Notes under the pieces: generated by a model | What the model was told of the DNA's origin: nothing | The model's database searches: none | Seen by the model: the letters and a program-made list of their open reading frames with translations, nothing else | Translations under genes and position numbers: made by a program | In this document: piece by piece, positions 13,205 through 24,800 of the stretch | Numbering within the stretch: position 1 is the first letter of the stretch | How the letters are laid out: every line of letters starts with the position of its first letter | NCBI GenBank assembly: GCA_038087875.1 | Contig: JAXLNO010002870.1 | Location: 1-64,000, forward strand | DNA: 64,000 nucleotides | Source: Malacoraja senta | Taxonomy: Eukaryota | Reading direction: 5' to 3'

Positions 13205-15300
13205 GAGGAAGGAAATAGTAAAAATTGGAAAGAGCCATGGTTTTCAAGGGAAATTGGACACGGTTCGGAAAAAGAGAGAGATCTACAATAATTATAGGCA
13301 GCATGGAGTAAATGAGGTGCTTGAGGAGTATAAAGAATGTTAAAAGAATATTAAGAAATAAATTAGAAAAGCTAAAAGAAGATATGAGGTTGCTTTGGCA
13401 AGTAAGGTGAAAGTAAATCCAAAGGGTTTCTACAGCTATATTAATAGCAAGAGGATAACAAGGAATAAAATTGGTCCATTAGAGAGTCAGAGTGGACAGC
13501 TATCTGCAGAGCCAAAAGAGATGGGGGAGATATTGAACAATTTCTTTTCTTCGGTATTCACCAAGGAGAAGGATATGGAATTATGTGAGGTAAGGGAAAC
13601 AAGCAGAGTAGCAATGGAAACTGTGAGATTCAAAGAAGAGGAGGTGCGGACACTTTTGAAAAATATGAAAACGGATAAATCGCCAGGTCCTGACAGGATA
13701 TTCCCTAGGACATTGAGGGAAGTTAGTGTAGAAATAGCAGGGGCTATGACAGAAATATTTCAAATGTCATTAGAAACGGGAATAGTGCCGGAGGATTGGC
13801 GTACTGCGCATGTTGTTCCGTTGTTTAAAAAGGGTTCGAAGAGTAAACCTAGCAATTATAGACCTGTTAGCTTGACGTCAGTGGTGGGCAAATTAATGGA
13901 AAGGATACTTAAAGATAATATATATAAGCATCTGGATAAGCAGGGTCTGATTAGGAACAGTCAACATGGATTTGTGCCTGGAAGGTCATGTTTGACTAAT
14001 CTTCTTGAATTTTTCAAAGAGGTTACTAGGGAAATTGATGAGGGTAAAGCAGTGGATGTTGTCTATATGGACTTCAGTAAGGCCTTTGACAAGGTTCCTC
14101 ATGGAAGGTTAGTTAAGAAGATTCAATTGTTGGGTATTAATGGTGGAGTAGCAAGATGGATTCAACAGTGGCTGAATGGGAGATGCCAGAGAGTAATGGT
14201 GGATGGCTGTTTGTCAGGTTGGAGGCCGGTGACTAGTGGGGTGCCTCAGCGGTCTGTGTTGGGTCCACTGTTGTTTGTCATGTACATCAATGATCTGGAT
14301 GATGGTGTGGAAAATTGGATTAGTAAGTATGCAGATGATACTAAGATAGGTGGTGTTGTGGATAATGAAGTAGATTTTCAAAGTCTACAGAGAGATTTAG
14401 GCCATTTGGCAGAGTGGGCCGAAAGATGGCAGATGGAGTTTAATGCTGATAAATGTGAGGTATTACATCTCGGCAGGACAAATCAAAATAGGACGTACAT
14501 GGTAAATGGTAGCGAATTGAGGAATGCAGTTGAACAGAGGGATCTAGGAATAACTGTGCATAGTTCCCTGAAGGTGGAATCTCATGTACTGTAGATAGGG
14601 TGGTAAAGAAAGCTTATGGTGTGCTGGCCTTTATAAATCAGAGCATTGAGTATAGAAGTTGGGATGTAATGTTAAAATTGTACAAGGCATTGGTGAGGCC
14701 AATTCTGGAGTATGGAGTACAATTTTGGTCGCCTAATTATAGGAAGGATGTCAACAAAATAGAGAGAGTACAGAGGAGATTTACTAGAATGCTGCCTGGG
14801 TTTCAGCAACTAAGTTACAGAGAAAGGTTGAACAAGTTAGGTCTTTATTCTTTGGAGCGCAGAAGGTTAAGAGGGAACTTGATAGAAGTCTTTAAAATGA
14901 TGAGCGGGTTAGACAGAGTGGACGTGGATAAGCTTTTCCCATTGAGAGTAGGGAAGATTCAAACAAGGGGACATGACTTGAGAATTAAGGGACAGAAGTT
15001 TAGGGGGAACATTAGGGGGAACTTCTTTACTCAGAGAGTGGTAGCTGTGTGGAATGAGCTTCCAGTGGAAGTGGTGGAGGCAGGTTCGATTTTATCCTTT
15101 AAAAATAGTTTGGATGGGTATATGGACGGGAAAGGAATGGAGGGTTATGGTCTGAGTGCAGGTACTGTAGATGGGACTAGGGGGAAGTAAGAAGCAAGAA
15201 GGGGGGGGGAAAAAGAAGGAAAAAAAAGTGTTGGGCACGGATTTGAAGGGCCGAGATGGCCTGTTTCCGTGCTGTAATGGTTATATGGTTATTATATATG
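13205..15300 (+). mobile_element. CR1 LINE, 5'-truncated, frameshifted by a 5-bp insertion at 14587-14593
   Basis: ORFs 13395-14594 and 14600-15190 encode RT and the C-terminus; (tggttata)n tail at ~15277-15300. Confidence 0.95.
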
Positions 15301-15645
15301 GTTTCAATCTCCACACTGTGCATGGGCACAATAGGTGTGACTGTGCACAGCAGCTGATCTGCAGGGAGGTGTTTGGGGTGGTAGAGAGCTGCAGGAATTA
15401 GACAAAACAGTGGATAGAATGGAGGCAGTTCAAGACGAGATGCTTCCTCCGTGAACACCCCACCCCCCACCATTATCTCCTTCCACATAAATTCTCACTG
15501 TCTTTTTCCTTGTGCAGCAGCACTCTGGCTGATAGGAGAATGAATGAGCAAAATAATTAATTGGCTTCCTCCTACATTGTTCGACAAAGGCTTCCACTTC
15601 AGTTCTATCATTAGCTTTAAATGGACAACAAAATCTCATACTAAC

Positions 15646-15942
15646 CTTGAGGCTTCTGGAACTCCGTTCTCACCATGTTGTCCACCTTGCAGTAGTAGAC
15701 GTTTTTCTTGTTCCAATCTGCCACAGGGACTCGCAGCAAGCTGCTCATTGTGTACATGTTGTTTTGTCCCAACACAGGTGGGTACTTTGTGATTCCAGTG
15801 GTGATGTCCCCACTGCTGGTGGACCATGTCTGACTGATGATCTCAGGCTGGTAGTCCTTGACCAGATAGAGGATGCTGATCTCTTGGTCAGATTCTGTGT
15901 TGCAGGAAGAGGTGATGTGGACTGAAGGCAAGGTCTTAATCT
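15646..15942 (-). pseudogene. IgW/IgX CH1 exon with the first canonical Cys mutated to Tyr
   Basis: The 297 bp phase-1 exon runs from ttacttttcag to Ggttagt. It encodes IKTLPSVHITSSCNTESDQEISILYLVKDYQPE...QTWST...TKYPPVLGQNNMYTMSSLLRV..DWNKKNVYYCKVDNMVRTEFQKPQ, very close to skate IgX CH1 as recalled. TAT at 15866-15868 occupies the B-strand Cys position; the SC light-chain Cys is kept. Confidence 0.9.
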
Positions 15943-16782
15943 CTGAAAAGTAAATAAATTAACAATTGGTTCTGTAGTAAATGGATTATTACCAGCGCAT
16001 GCAACAGGTTCATGCTGATTGTTGAGTAAATGCAGGTGATTCAGGCTGAGAGAAGGCCAGGCAGAACAGAGAATTGGTTCCTTTCCCCAATCCCTTTCAC
16101 ACCGTGCATGACCAAGCAGTGAAATGCTGATCTCACACTGGCGAAGCAACTTCTGCCAACCAGAGGGACAAACCGGCCTGTGCTCTGGGTGATGTATCCC
16201 AGGTCAGGAAGCACATGGTACGATGCCAGATGGACCATATCCACATGCACCGGGCCAAATGGTGCTGGATCTGGCCTGTTGTGGACCTTCCTCAATGCTG
16301 GGGCCCGGGGAGTGTTGTACAACTAAGGGATCTTGGAGTACAGGTACACAGATCCCAGGAAGCGTTGTCACAGGTAAATAGGTTGGTAAAAAAAGCTCTT
16401 CATGAGTCAGGGAATTGAGATACAGTAATCCCTCATTTTAACAGACCCCATTATAACAGATTTTGGATATAGCAGACGGACCTGCCAATACCACCCTTGC
16501 ACGTATGGCTCCTGACCGCTTAGAGCCCCGGCTTCCAACTCCACCTCCGACTCGCAAGTGAGCCCTTCTTCACCCACCACCATATGGTCCATGATGCTGG
16601 TGTTGTTGCGGCTCACGGAGCCCCCGGGATGAGCACTTTCTTCAAGCTGCCATCCTCGACAGGACGTGCTTGGTCACCATGAGGCTCCCTCCCCTCCCAC
16701 CTGCTGCTGTCCACTCCCTGTTCGACCGCCATCTCCCCCTCGTCCTCCCCTCGCTCTGTCCACTCGGCCTCTTCCCCCCTCC

Positions 16783-16993
16783 TGTAAAGACTGTCCTGGT
16801 CACATGGTGTCTTCACTCTAGTTTATTGCATACATTGTATTCGTATACACACATATTGCCCTAGCTGTTCGTGGTCCGTTACCGGAGCTAGAGAGCGAGC
16901 TAGGGGTGGGAAGGTTACATTTATACTGAAGCTAATGGGGAGTGGTTAGTAGAAGTGAGGTCACCATGTTAAAGGAACATGCACGGCTCTACA
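16783..16993 (-). repeat. Gypsy 3' LTR (211 bp)
   Basis: Identical by eye to 21185-21375 apart from a 20-bp segment; preceded on the minus strand by the polypurine tract. Confidence 0.95.
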
Positions 16994-19900
16994 TCCTTCC
17001 CCTTGAAAAGGGAAACATAGCAATGATGACAGTGAGACCACGACTCATACGCTAGGCACAAACCCGCGCGTACATCGTCAGGAAAAACTTAAAACATTCA
17101 AGCAAACTCCCCGTAACGTTCAGGCGGCTTGACCAGACGCCCGGAGCGGGTATGCAGCCCGCCTCCCCCCCCCTCCGAAGGTAGAGTGGGCACCGGGGCA
17201 GGAGCGACGATAGGTGAACCGAAAGGGGAGTGAGCAGGAGGGGGAGAACGAGGAGACCGGGGAGGAGACAAGGGCACCGCTACGGGCACGCGAGCGGGAG
17301 ATGGCTGATGGGGGGGGCCAGGAGGAGCAGCGGGAGAACGGGGCGCCAAGGGTCGCGAGGGCAGAGGAGCGGGAGGCAACGAGGCGGCAACCGGGGGAGC
17401 AAAAGGGGCTGCAGGAGGCGGAGCGGGCTCGTTGACCGGCAGCAAATGCTGGCGGGACCGGCGGTAGATTGTGCCCTCGTAGTCAACCAGGTAAGAGCGC
17501 GGAGAGTCGGCAAAGCCGATGACAACAGCCAAGCGGTGGTGTCCGGAGGGGGACTGCATCCGGACGACCTGGCCCTCGAAGAGGGGCTGAAGGGGACGGC
17601 ATGACTTGCCGTGGGAGCGCTTCTGGACGACCTGTTTCTGGGTAATACGCTTCTGGACAGCAGCAGGGCTGCGGACTGCGGGCTGTAGCGACCGCTGGGA
17701 GACAGGGATTGGAGGGCGAGTGGTGCGGGACATGAGCCGTTGAGCCGGTGAGCCTATGGCAGGGTCGCGACTAATATTTCGGAGATTCAGTAGAGCGAGA
17801 TAAAAATCCGAATGCGACAGTCTGCAATGTTCCAGCAGCTCCTTGGCACTGCGGACGGCGCGCTCAGCAAGGCCGTTGCTCTGCGGGTACTCCGGGCTGC
17901 TGGTGATGTGGCGAAAGTTGTAGGCGGCGGCGAATGCGCGGAACTCAGCACTCGTGAACTGGCCCCCGTTGTCAGACTGCACAGTCACAGGAATGCCAAA
18001 GGTTGCAAAGAGGGGTTGCAACGTCCCGATGACCGCAGCAGAAGTGAGGGAGTGCAGACGCTTAATCTCGAACCAGCTGGAGTAAGAGTCGACCAGGACC
18101 AGGAAATGTTTGCCACGCCACTCAAATATGCCCGTAGCGACCGCCATCCACGCCAGGGTGGGGGCAGGCTGTTGCAGGAGTGGCTGGCGTTGCTGGTGGG
18201 GAGAGAGAGTATTGCAGGTGGAGCAGGCAGAGACCCTCTCCCGGATGTCCTGTGCCATGCTGGGCCAATAAAATTGGCTCTGGGCCTGGGACAGGGTGGC
18301 ATCGGCACCGGGATGGCCGTTGTGGGCAGTTTGGAAATAGTGGTCCCGCAGAGCGGCAGGCACCACAACCTTGTGGCCCTTCACCACCACGCCGCCCTGC
18401 AGCACAAGTTCGTCCCGGACTAGGAAGTAGGGCGCAGCACCAGCCGGCAAGGGTGAGCGACGGTCAGGCCAGCCGCGACGGATGACGTCTATAAGCTGTT
18501 GCAGGGCAGGGTCCTTGGCAGTGTGGTGAATCAGGGACTGCATCTGCTGGGAAGGCATGAAGTTGACGTTTAGCACTATCAGGTCGGATGACTCGTACGG
18601 GTGGCGGGCTGTAGAAGCCAGCGGTGCGCGGGACAGCGTGTCAGCCACAAACATGTCCTTGCCCTTGTGGTACACGATTTGAAACGTGAAGCGTTGGAGT
18701 TGCAGCATCATACGCTGCAAACGGGAAGAGGCAACGTGGATCGGTTTGTTTAAGATCGTGACCAGCGGCTGGTGGTCGGTTTCGATAGTGAAGCTGTTAC
18801 CTATAATGTAGTCCCTGAACTTCGAGCAGGAAAACACCACGGCAAGGAGCTCTTTCTCGATCTGAGCGTAGCGTTGCTCGGTTGGAGTCATGGTGCGGGA
18901 GGCGTAGGAGACAGGTAGCTGCAGGCGGTCGTGGATCTGCAGGCAGGCGGCACCGAGACCGAAACTTGATGCATCGCAGGTAATGACGATAGGGCGCTTT
19001 AAGTCGAAGAACTTCAGAGTGGGGGTGCGAACCAGCCGGGATTTCAAGTCATCGAAGGCTGCCTGATGCAGCGGGTACCAAACCCAGGCAGTGTCCATCT
19101 TGGTCAGTTCCCTCAGGGGCGCACTCAGCCCCTGAGTTTCAGACCCTCAGCCGTAAAAACGTGGCCCACGTAGGTGACCTCCGGGACGCGGAAACGGCAC
19201 TTCTTGGGGTTCAGTTTGAGGTTGATTTCCCGAGCCCGATCCAGGACCAGACGGAGGTGGAGGTCGTGCTCAGCGACGTCCCTCCCGTACACCAAGATGT
19301 CATCAACGATGATAGCACACGGCAGACCTGCAAATAGCTGTTCCATGGTGCGCTGGAAAACCTCGCTGGCAGAATTGATCCCGAAAGGCATGCGGAGGAA
19401 ACGGAACCTGCCGAAAGGTGTACCAAACGTGGTCAGTAAAGATGAACGTTCATCCAGCGGAATCTGCCAGAAAGAGTTCTTGGCATCGAGGACAGAGAAT
19501 ACAGTGGCCGGGCCAACCTTTGCAGCGACATCCTCCACCGTTCGCATGGGGTAGTGCGGGCGCTTGATGGCAAGGTTTAGGTCCTTGGGGTTGATACAGA
19601 TCCGAATCTCACTCTTGTCCTTCTTAGCAGCAACGACCATGGTGGAGACCCACCGGGTGGCATCGCTCACTTCCTTGATGATGCCCATGGCCACCATCTG
19701 GCGTAGAGTGGACTCCACCTTGTCCTTCATAGCAAAGGAGACGCGGTGAGGAGGGCGGACTACCGGATGGACCTCCGGGTCCACCTCGATTTCGTACTTG
19801 CAGGGTAGTTTGCCCAATACTTCGTCAAAACGGTCGGGGTACTCGCACATGGGATCCACCATGTGCGAGTCGTGGTGGAAGGACACCAAACCGAGGTCCT

Positions 19901-21184
19901 GGCACGCACGGGCGCCCAACAGAGTAACATTCTCAGATTCCAGCAGGAGGAAAGAGAGGGGCCGAGAGGCCTTCAGAACTGAGCAGATAAGGGTGGCCTT
20001 GCCGACTGGGAATAGCATGCTCCCCCCATATGCACGGAGGCGGGAGTGATCAGCGGTAATGTTCTCACCAGCTCTTATCTGTTGAAAAAGACTTAACGAC
20101 ATAATATTCGTAAACGCCCCCGTATCTACCTTAGCAGAGAAGGTCATCCCATTCACAGTAACTCGAACTGATGGATCAGCTATCAAAGCATGTGCACCCA
20201 GGACTGAAAAAACAAGCGATTCATCATGGGAGGAGCTGTTATCAGAATCAGGGAGTTCGACTGGAAGGTATTCGGAGTCATAAACACTGTCAGTAGCAGT
20301 CAGGTTGTGTAGACTCTTTCTCGGAGCAGGGACAGGCTGGCCCCTGGAACGGCACGCTGCGGAGAAGTGATTAAGCTTCTTACACAAATTACAAGTCTTA
20401 CCCAGAGCAGGGCAAACATCAAATTGATGATTGACAAAGTTGCAGTTTGGGCATCGGCGAGGGTTGACCCTTGCAGGCGCAGGGGTGCTACGCTGGCGTG
20501 GCGGGCCATCGCGCCGCGGGCGTCCAGCAGCACCGGCATAGTTAATGTCCTCAGCTTCAGGGGGAGATATGGCGTCGACAGCAGCAGACATGCGAGAGGC
20601 ATGCAAAGCGTCGTTTAAAGTGAGGTCCGGCTTTCTCAGAAGCTCAGCCCGTAGCTTCACGTCCTGTAGACCGTGAACTAGGACATCTCTGATCAACTGA
20701 TCGGGGGTCAACGTCTCCAGGTGGCAACGCCGGGCCAGGTGACGCAGCGATGCCACGAAGGTATCGATGTGCTCCCCGGGTTTCTGGCGCCTGCTGAAAA
20801 ACTTGAACCGCTCTAGAATGGAGTTGGTGGGAATGTCACACAGCGCGGCAAATTTATTGATGAGACACACGGGGTCCTCTGCATTCTCACCATCGGCGTA
20901 CTCAAAAGATTCAGAACGTTCCATGGCCTCCGGGCCAGCCAGGTTGAGGAGCAGATGTGCTGTAATCGCAGGGGTAATATTAGGATGAGCGATGGCGACA
21001 TAGTGCTGGAAGTCGCGCCGGAAAATAGTCCACCGGTGGACGATGTCCGAGTCAAACACCAGAACGTCAGGCTTTCGACACGAGGTGGCCATAGTACATA
21101 AATAGTTGGAAAGGAAAATAAACACTTGGAGAAAAGAAAACAAACCCGATGAACAGGAGACGCAGGGTTAACTTCTTGACACCA

Positions 21185-21375
21185 TGTAAAGACTGTCCTG
21201 GTCACATGGTGTCTTCACTCTAGTTTATTGCATACATTGTATTCGTATACACACATATTGCCCTAGCTGTTCGTGGTCCGTTACCGGAGCTAGAGAGCGA
21301 GCTAGGGGTGGGAAGGTTACATTTATACTGAAGCTAATGGGGAGTGGTTAGTAGAAGTGAGGTCACGGCTCTACA
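21185..21375 (-). repeat. Gypsy 5' LTR (191 bp)
   Basis: Followed on the minus strand by the primer-binding site TGGTGTCAAGAAGT. Confidence 0.95.
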
Positions 21376-21559
21376 CCTCCCCCCTCCACCGCCATCTCCT
21401 CCTCCTTCTCCCTGGAGTCACCAACATACTGCACCTTGGAAGCAGCAGCTGGTGAGAGGAGAGGGTGCCGCATGGTGAGCGTGCACCCTGTCAGTGGCAG
21501 CGACCTGAAGAAAGCACTGCCAGCCAGAGGCTACAATGTGAGCCACAACCACAGCCATG

Positions 21560-22370
21560 TCACATAGAAACATAGAAACATAGAAAATAGGTGCAGGAGT
21601 AGGCCATTCGGCCCTTCGAGCCTGCACCGCCATTCAATATGATCATGGCTGATCATCCAACTCAGTATCCTGTACCTGCTTTCTCTCCATACCCCATGAT
21701 CCCTTTAGCCACAAGGGCCACAAACTCCCTCTTAAATATAGCCAATGAACTGGCCTCAACTACATTCTGTGGCAGAGAATTCCACAGATTCACCACTCTT
21801 TGTGTAAATTTTTTTTTTCTCATCTCAGTCCTAAAAGATTTCCCCTTTATCCTTAAACTGTGACCCCTTGTTCTGGACTCCCCCAACATCGGGAACAATC
21901 TTCCTGCATCTAGCCTGTCCAACCCCTTAAGAATTTTGTAAGCTTCTATAAGATCCCCCCTCAGTCTTCTAAATTCCAGCGAGTACAAGCCGAGTCTATC
22001 CAGTCTTTCCTCATTTGAAAGTCCTCACATCCCAGGAATCAGTCTGGTGAACCTTCTCTGTACTCCCTCTATGGCAAGAATGTCCTTCCTCAGATTAGGA
22101 GACCAAAACTGTACACAATACTCCAAGTGTGGTCTCACCAAGACCCTGTACAACTGCAGTAGAACCTCCCTGCTCCTATACTCAAATCCTTTTGCTATAA
22201 ATGCTAACATACCATTTGCTTTCTTCACTCCCTGCTGCACCTGCATGCCCACTTTCAATGACTGGTGCACCATGACACCCAGGTCTCGTTGCATCTCCCC
22301 TTTTCCTAATCGGCCACCATTCAGGTAATAGTCTACTTTCCTGTTTTTGCCACCAAAGTGGACTGTCAAA
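21560..22370 (-). mobile_element. CR1 LINE 3' fragment
   Basis: ORFs 22025-22408 and 21662-21988 encode the CR1 ORF2 C-terminus; (catagaaa)n tail at ~21563-21590. Confidence 0.9.
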
Positions 22371-23200
22371 GCTGCCACAGCCAGATATAAAAACAGTTGT
22401 TTTTCCACGAGTAGTGGCTCTACTCAATAACCAAAAATCTGTACCCTCCTTTTGCTCTGGTATTATAATTAATTCACATGTTTAATCAATGTTTTATTAT
22501 TAATATTTACTATTTTACATGTCATTCCTAACTGTCACTGTATGTCGTTGTCACTTGCGGGCGGAGCACCAAGGCAAATTCCTTGTATGTGAATACTTGG
22601 CCAATAAATTTATTCATCCATTCATTCATTACAACACGGCTGTACTGTGAACATGCCTCGCTGCCTGTGAAAGGTGCGGGGACACCATGAAAGGTGCTCT
22701 GTGAATGACCACTGAGATTCACTGAGACACCAGCAGCCCTGGTTAAAGGAGCAAAGCACATGTTGGACAAACCCAGAAATTAGAGCCATTCCTCTGTCTG
22801 TGAACTGAGAAAAAGCAGTTCTTTTGTGCAGCAAAACTCACATCAAAAACACCAAGTAACTGGACTCAGAATCTAATCTACGACCATCAGTGAATTCACA
22901 ATGAAGAATAAAAGGTATTGACTTACTAAGGATCTCTAAATGTTGAAATTCAATACAAGATGCAAAGAAAACCTGGTGTACTAAACCCCACATCCAGAAC
23001 CATGTACAACATTCTCTCATTATGTTCAAATCATTCATTGTTGTGAACCTTTGTTTTTGAACCAAACAGCATCAATTTGTTTTACAATCTAGAGAACCTT
23101 CTGTGTTCTGAAACAAGGAGTGTTTGACAGAGCAATGTAGAGGGAGCTTGACTCTGTGTCAAACACTCTGTCCCTGCACTGGGAGTATGTAACAGTGTAA

Positions 23201-23317
23201 AGGGAACTTCACTCAGTGACTAACCTGTAACCTGGGTGTGTGTGGGGACAGGTTGGAGGGAACTTCACTCAGTGACTAACCTGTAACCTGGGTGTGTGTG
23301 GGGACAGGTTGGAGGGA
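23201..23317. repeat. Tandem duplication, two units of 56 bp
   Basis: agggaacttcactcagtgactaacctgtaacctgggtgtgtgtggggacaggttgg repeats exactly at 23201 and 23257. Confidence 0.9.
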
Positions 23318-23509
23318 GCCTCACTCCTTTTCTAACCTGTGCTGTCCCTTCCCTGGGAGCGTTGGGATAGGACAGATGGAATGTTGTATCTAATCTGTAG
23401 CTGACAGCACAGTGACACGGGGAGATATATTCTGCATTTGACTCGTGCTTTGTCTGACCTGGATATGTTTGATGGGATCTCTTTGCGGGAGCAGGTATTG
23501 GAGACATTG

Positions 23510-24800
23510 AGTCATAGAGTGATACAGTGTGGAAACAGGCCCTTCAGCCCAACTCGTCCACACTGGCCAACAATATCCTAGCTACACTAGTCCCACTTGC
23601 CTGCGCTTGGTCCATAACCATCCAAACCCATCCTACCCATGTACCTGTCCAACTGGTTCATAAACCGATGGGATAGTCCCAACCTCAACTACCTCCTCTG
23701 GCAGCTTGTTCCATACGCCCACCACCCTTTGTGTGAAAAAGTTACCTCTCGGATTCCTATTAAATCTTTTCCCCTTCACCTTGAACCTATGTCCTCGATT
23801 CCCCTACTCTGGGTAAAAGAATCCGTGCATCTAATGATTTTGTATACCTCTATAAGATCTCCCCTCATCCTCATGCGCCATGGAACAGAGACCCAGCCTA
23901 CTCAACCTCTCCCTACAGCTCACACCCTCTAGTCCGGGCAACATCCTCGTAAAACTTTTCAGAACCCTTTCAAGCTTGACAATATCTTTCCTATAACATG
24001 GTGCCCAGAACTGAACACAATATTCTAAATGCGGTCTCACCAATGTCTTAGACAATAGACAATAGTTGCAGGAGTACGCCCTTCAGCCCTTCGAGCCAGC
24101 ACCGCCATTCAATGTGATCATGGCTGATCATCCCCGATCAGTACCCCGTTCCTGTCTTCTCCCCATATTCCCTGACTCCGCTATTTTTAAGAGCCCTATC
24201 TAGCTCTCTTGAAAGCATCCAGAGAACCTGCCTCCACCGCCCTCTGAGGCAGAGAATTCCACAGACTCACAACTCTCTGTGAGAAAAAGTGTTTCCTCGT
24301 CTCCGTTCTAAATGGCTTACTCCTTATTCTTAAACTGTGGCCCCTGGTTCTGGACTCCCGCAACATGTTTCCTGCCTCTAGCGTGTCCAAACCCTTAACG
24401 ATCTTATATGTTTCAATGAGATCTCCTCTCATCCTTCTAAACTCCAGAGTGTACAAGCCCAGCTGCACCATTCTCTCAGCATATGACAGTCCTGCCATCC
24501 CGGGAATTAAACCTACACTGCATTCCCTCAATAGCAAGAATGTCCTTCCTCAAATTAGGGGACCAAAACTGCACACAATACTCCAGGTGTGGTCTCACTA
24601 GGGCTCTGTACAACTGCAGAAGGACCTCTTTGCTCCTATATTCGATTCCTCTTGTTATAAAGGCCAACATGCCATTCGCTTTCTTCACTGCCTGCTGTAC
24701 CTGCATGCTTACTTTCATAGACTGATGAACAAGGACCCCCAGATCCCGTTGTACTTCCCCTTTTCCAAACTTGACACCATTTAGATAGTAATCTGATACA
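23510..24800 (-). mobile_element. Two adjacent CR1 3' fragments
   Basis: RPHLEYCVQFW motifs in ORFs 23831-24055 and 24476-24865; CR1 3' UTR tails at ~23510 and ~24055. Confidence 0.85.

Larger units (their letters stand above)
16783..21375 (-). mobile_element. Ty3/Gypsy LTR retrotransposon, recent insertion, internally damaged
   Basis: LTRs at 21185-21375 (5') and 16783-16993 (3') have TGTA...TACA ends and a 5-bp TSD (CCTCC). The PBS TGGTGTCAAGAAGT resembles tRNA-Leu; the PPT is AAGGGGAAGGA. Gag (CCHC knuckle)-protease-RT (IVDD) lies in 19125-21143 and RNaseH-integrase in 17098-19098. Confidence 0.97.

Noticed and set aside
15300-15398. Possible CH2 or tail exon after the acceptor-like ttcctgcag (ALYHPKHLPADQLLCTVT...)
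   Set aside because: No convincing C1-set pattern in any frame, and it is truncated by a CR1 tail. The nearby CACAGTG has no nonamer at a 12 or 23 spacing.
23201-23317. CRISPR-like or functional repeat array
   Set aside because: The sequence is eukaryotic and has two adjacent identical units with no spacers; it is an ordinary minisatellite duplication.
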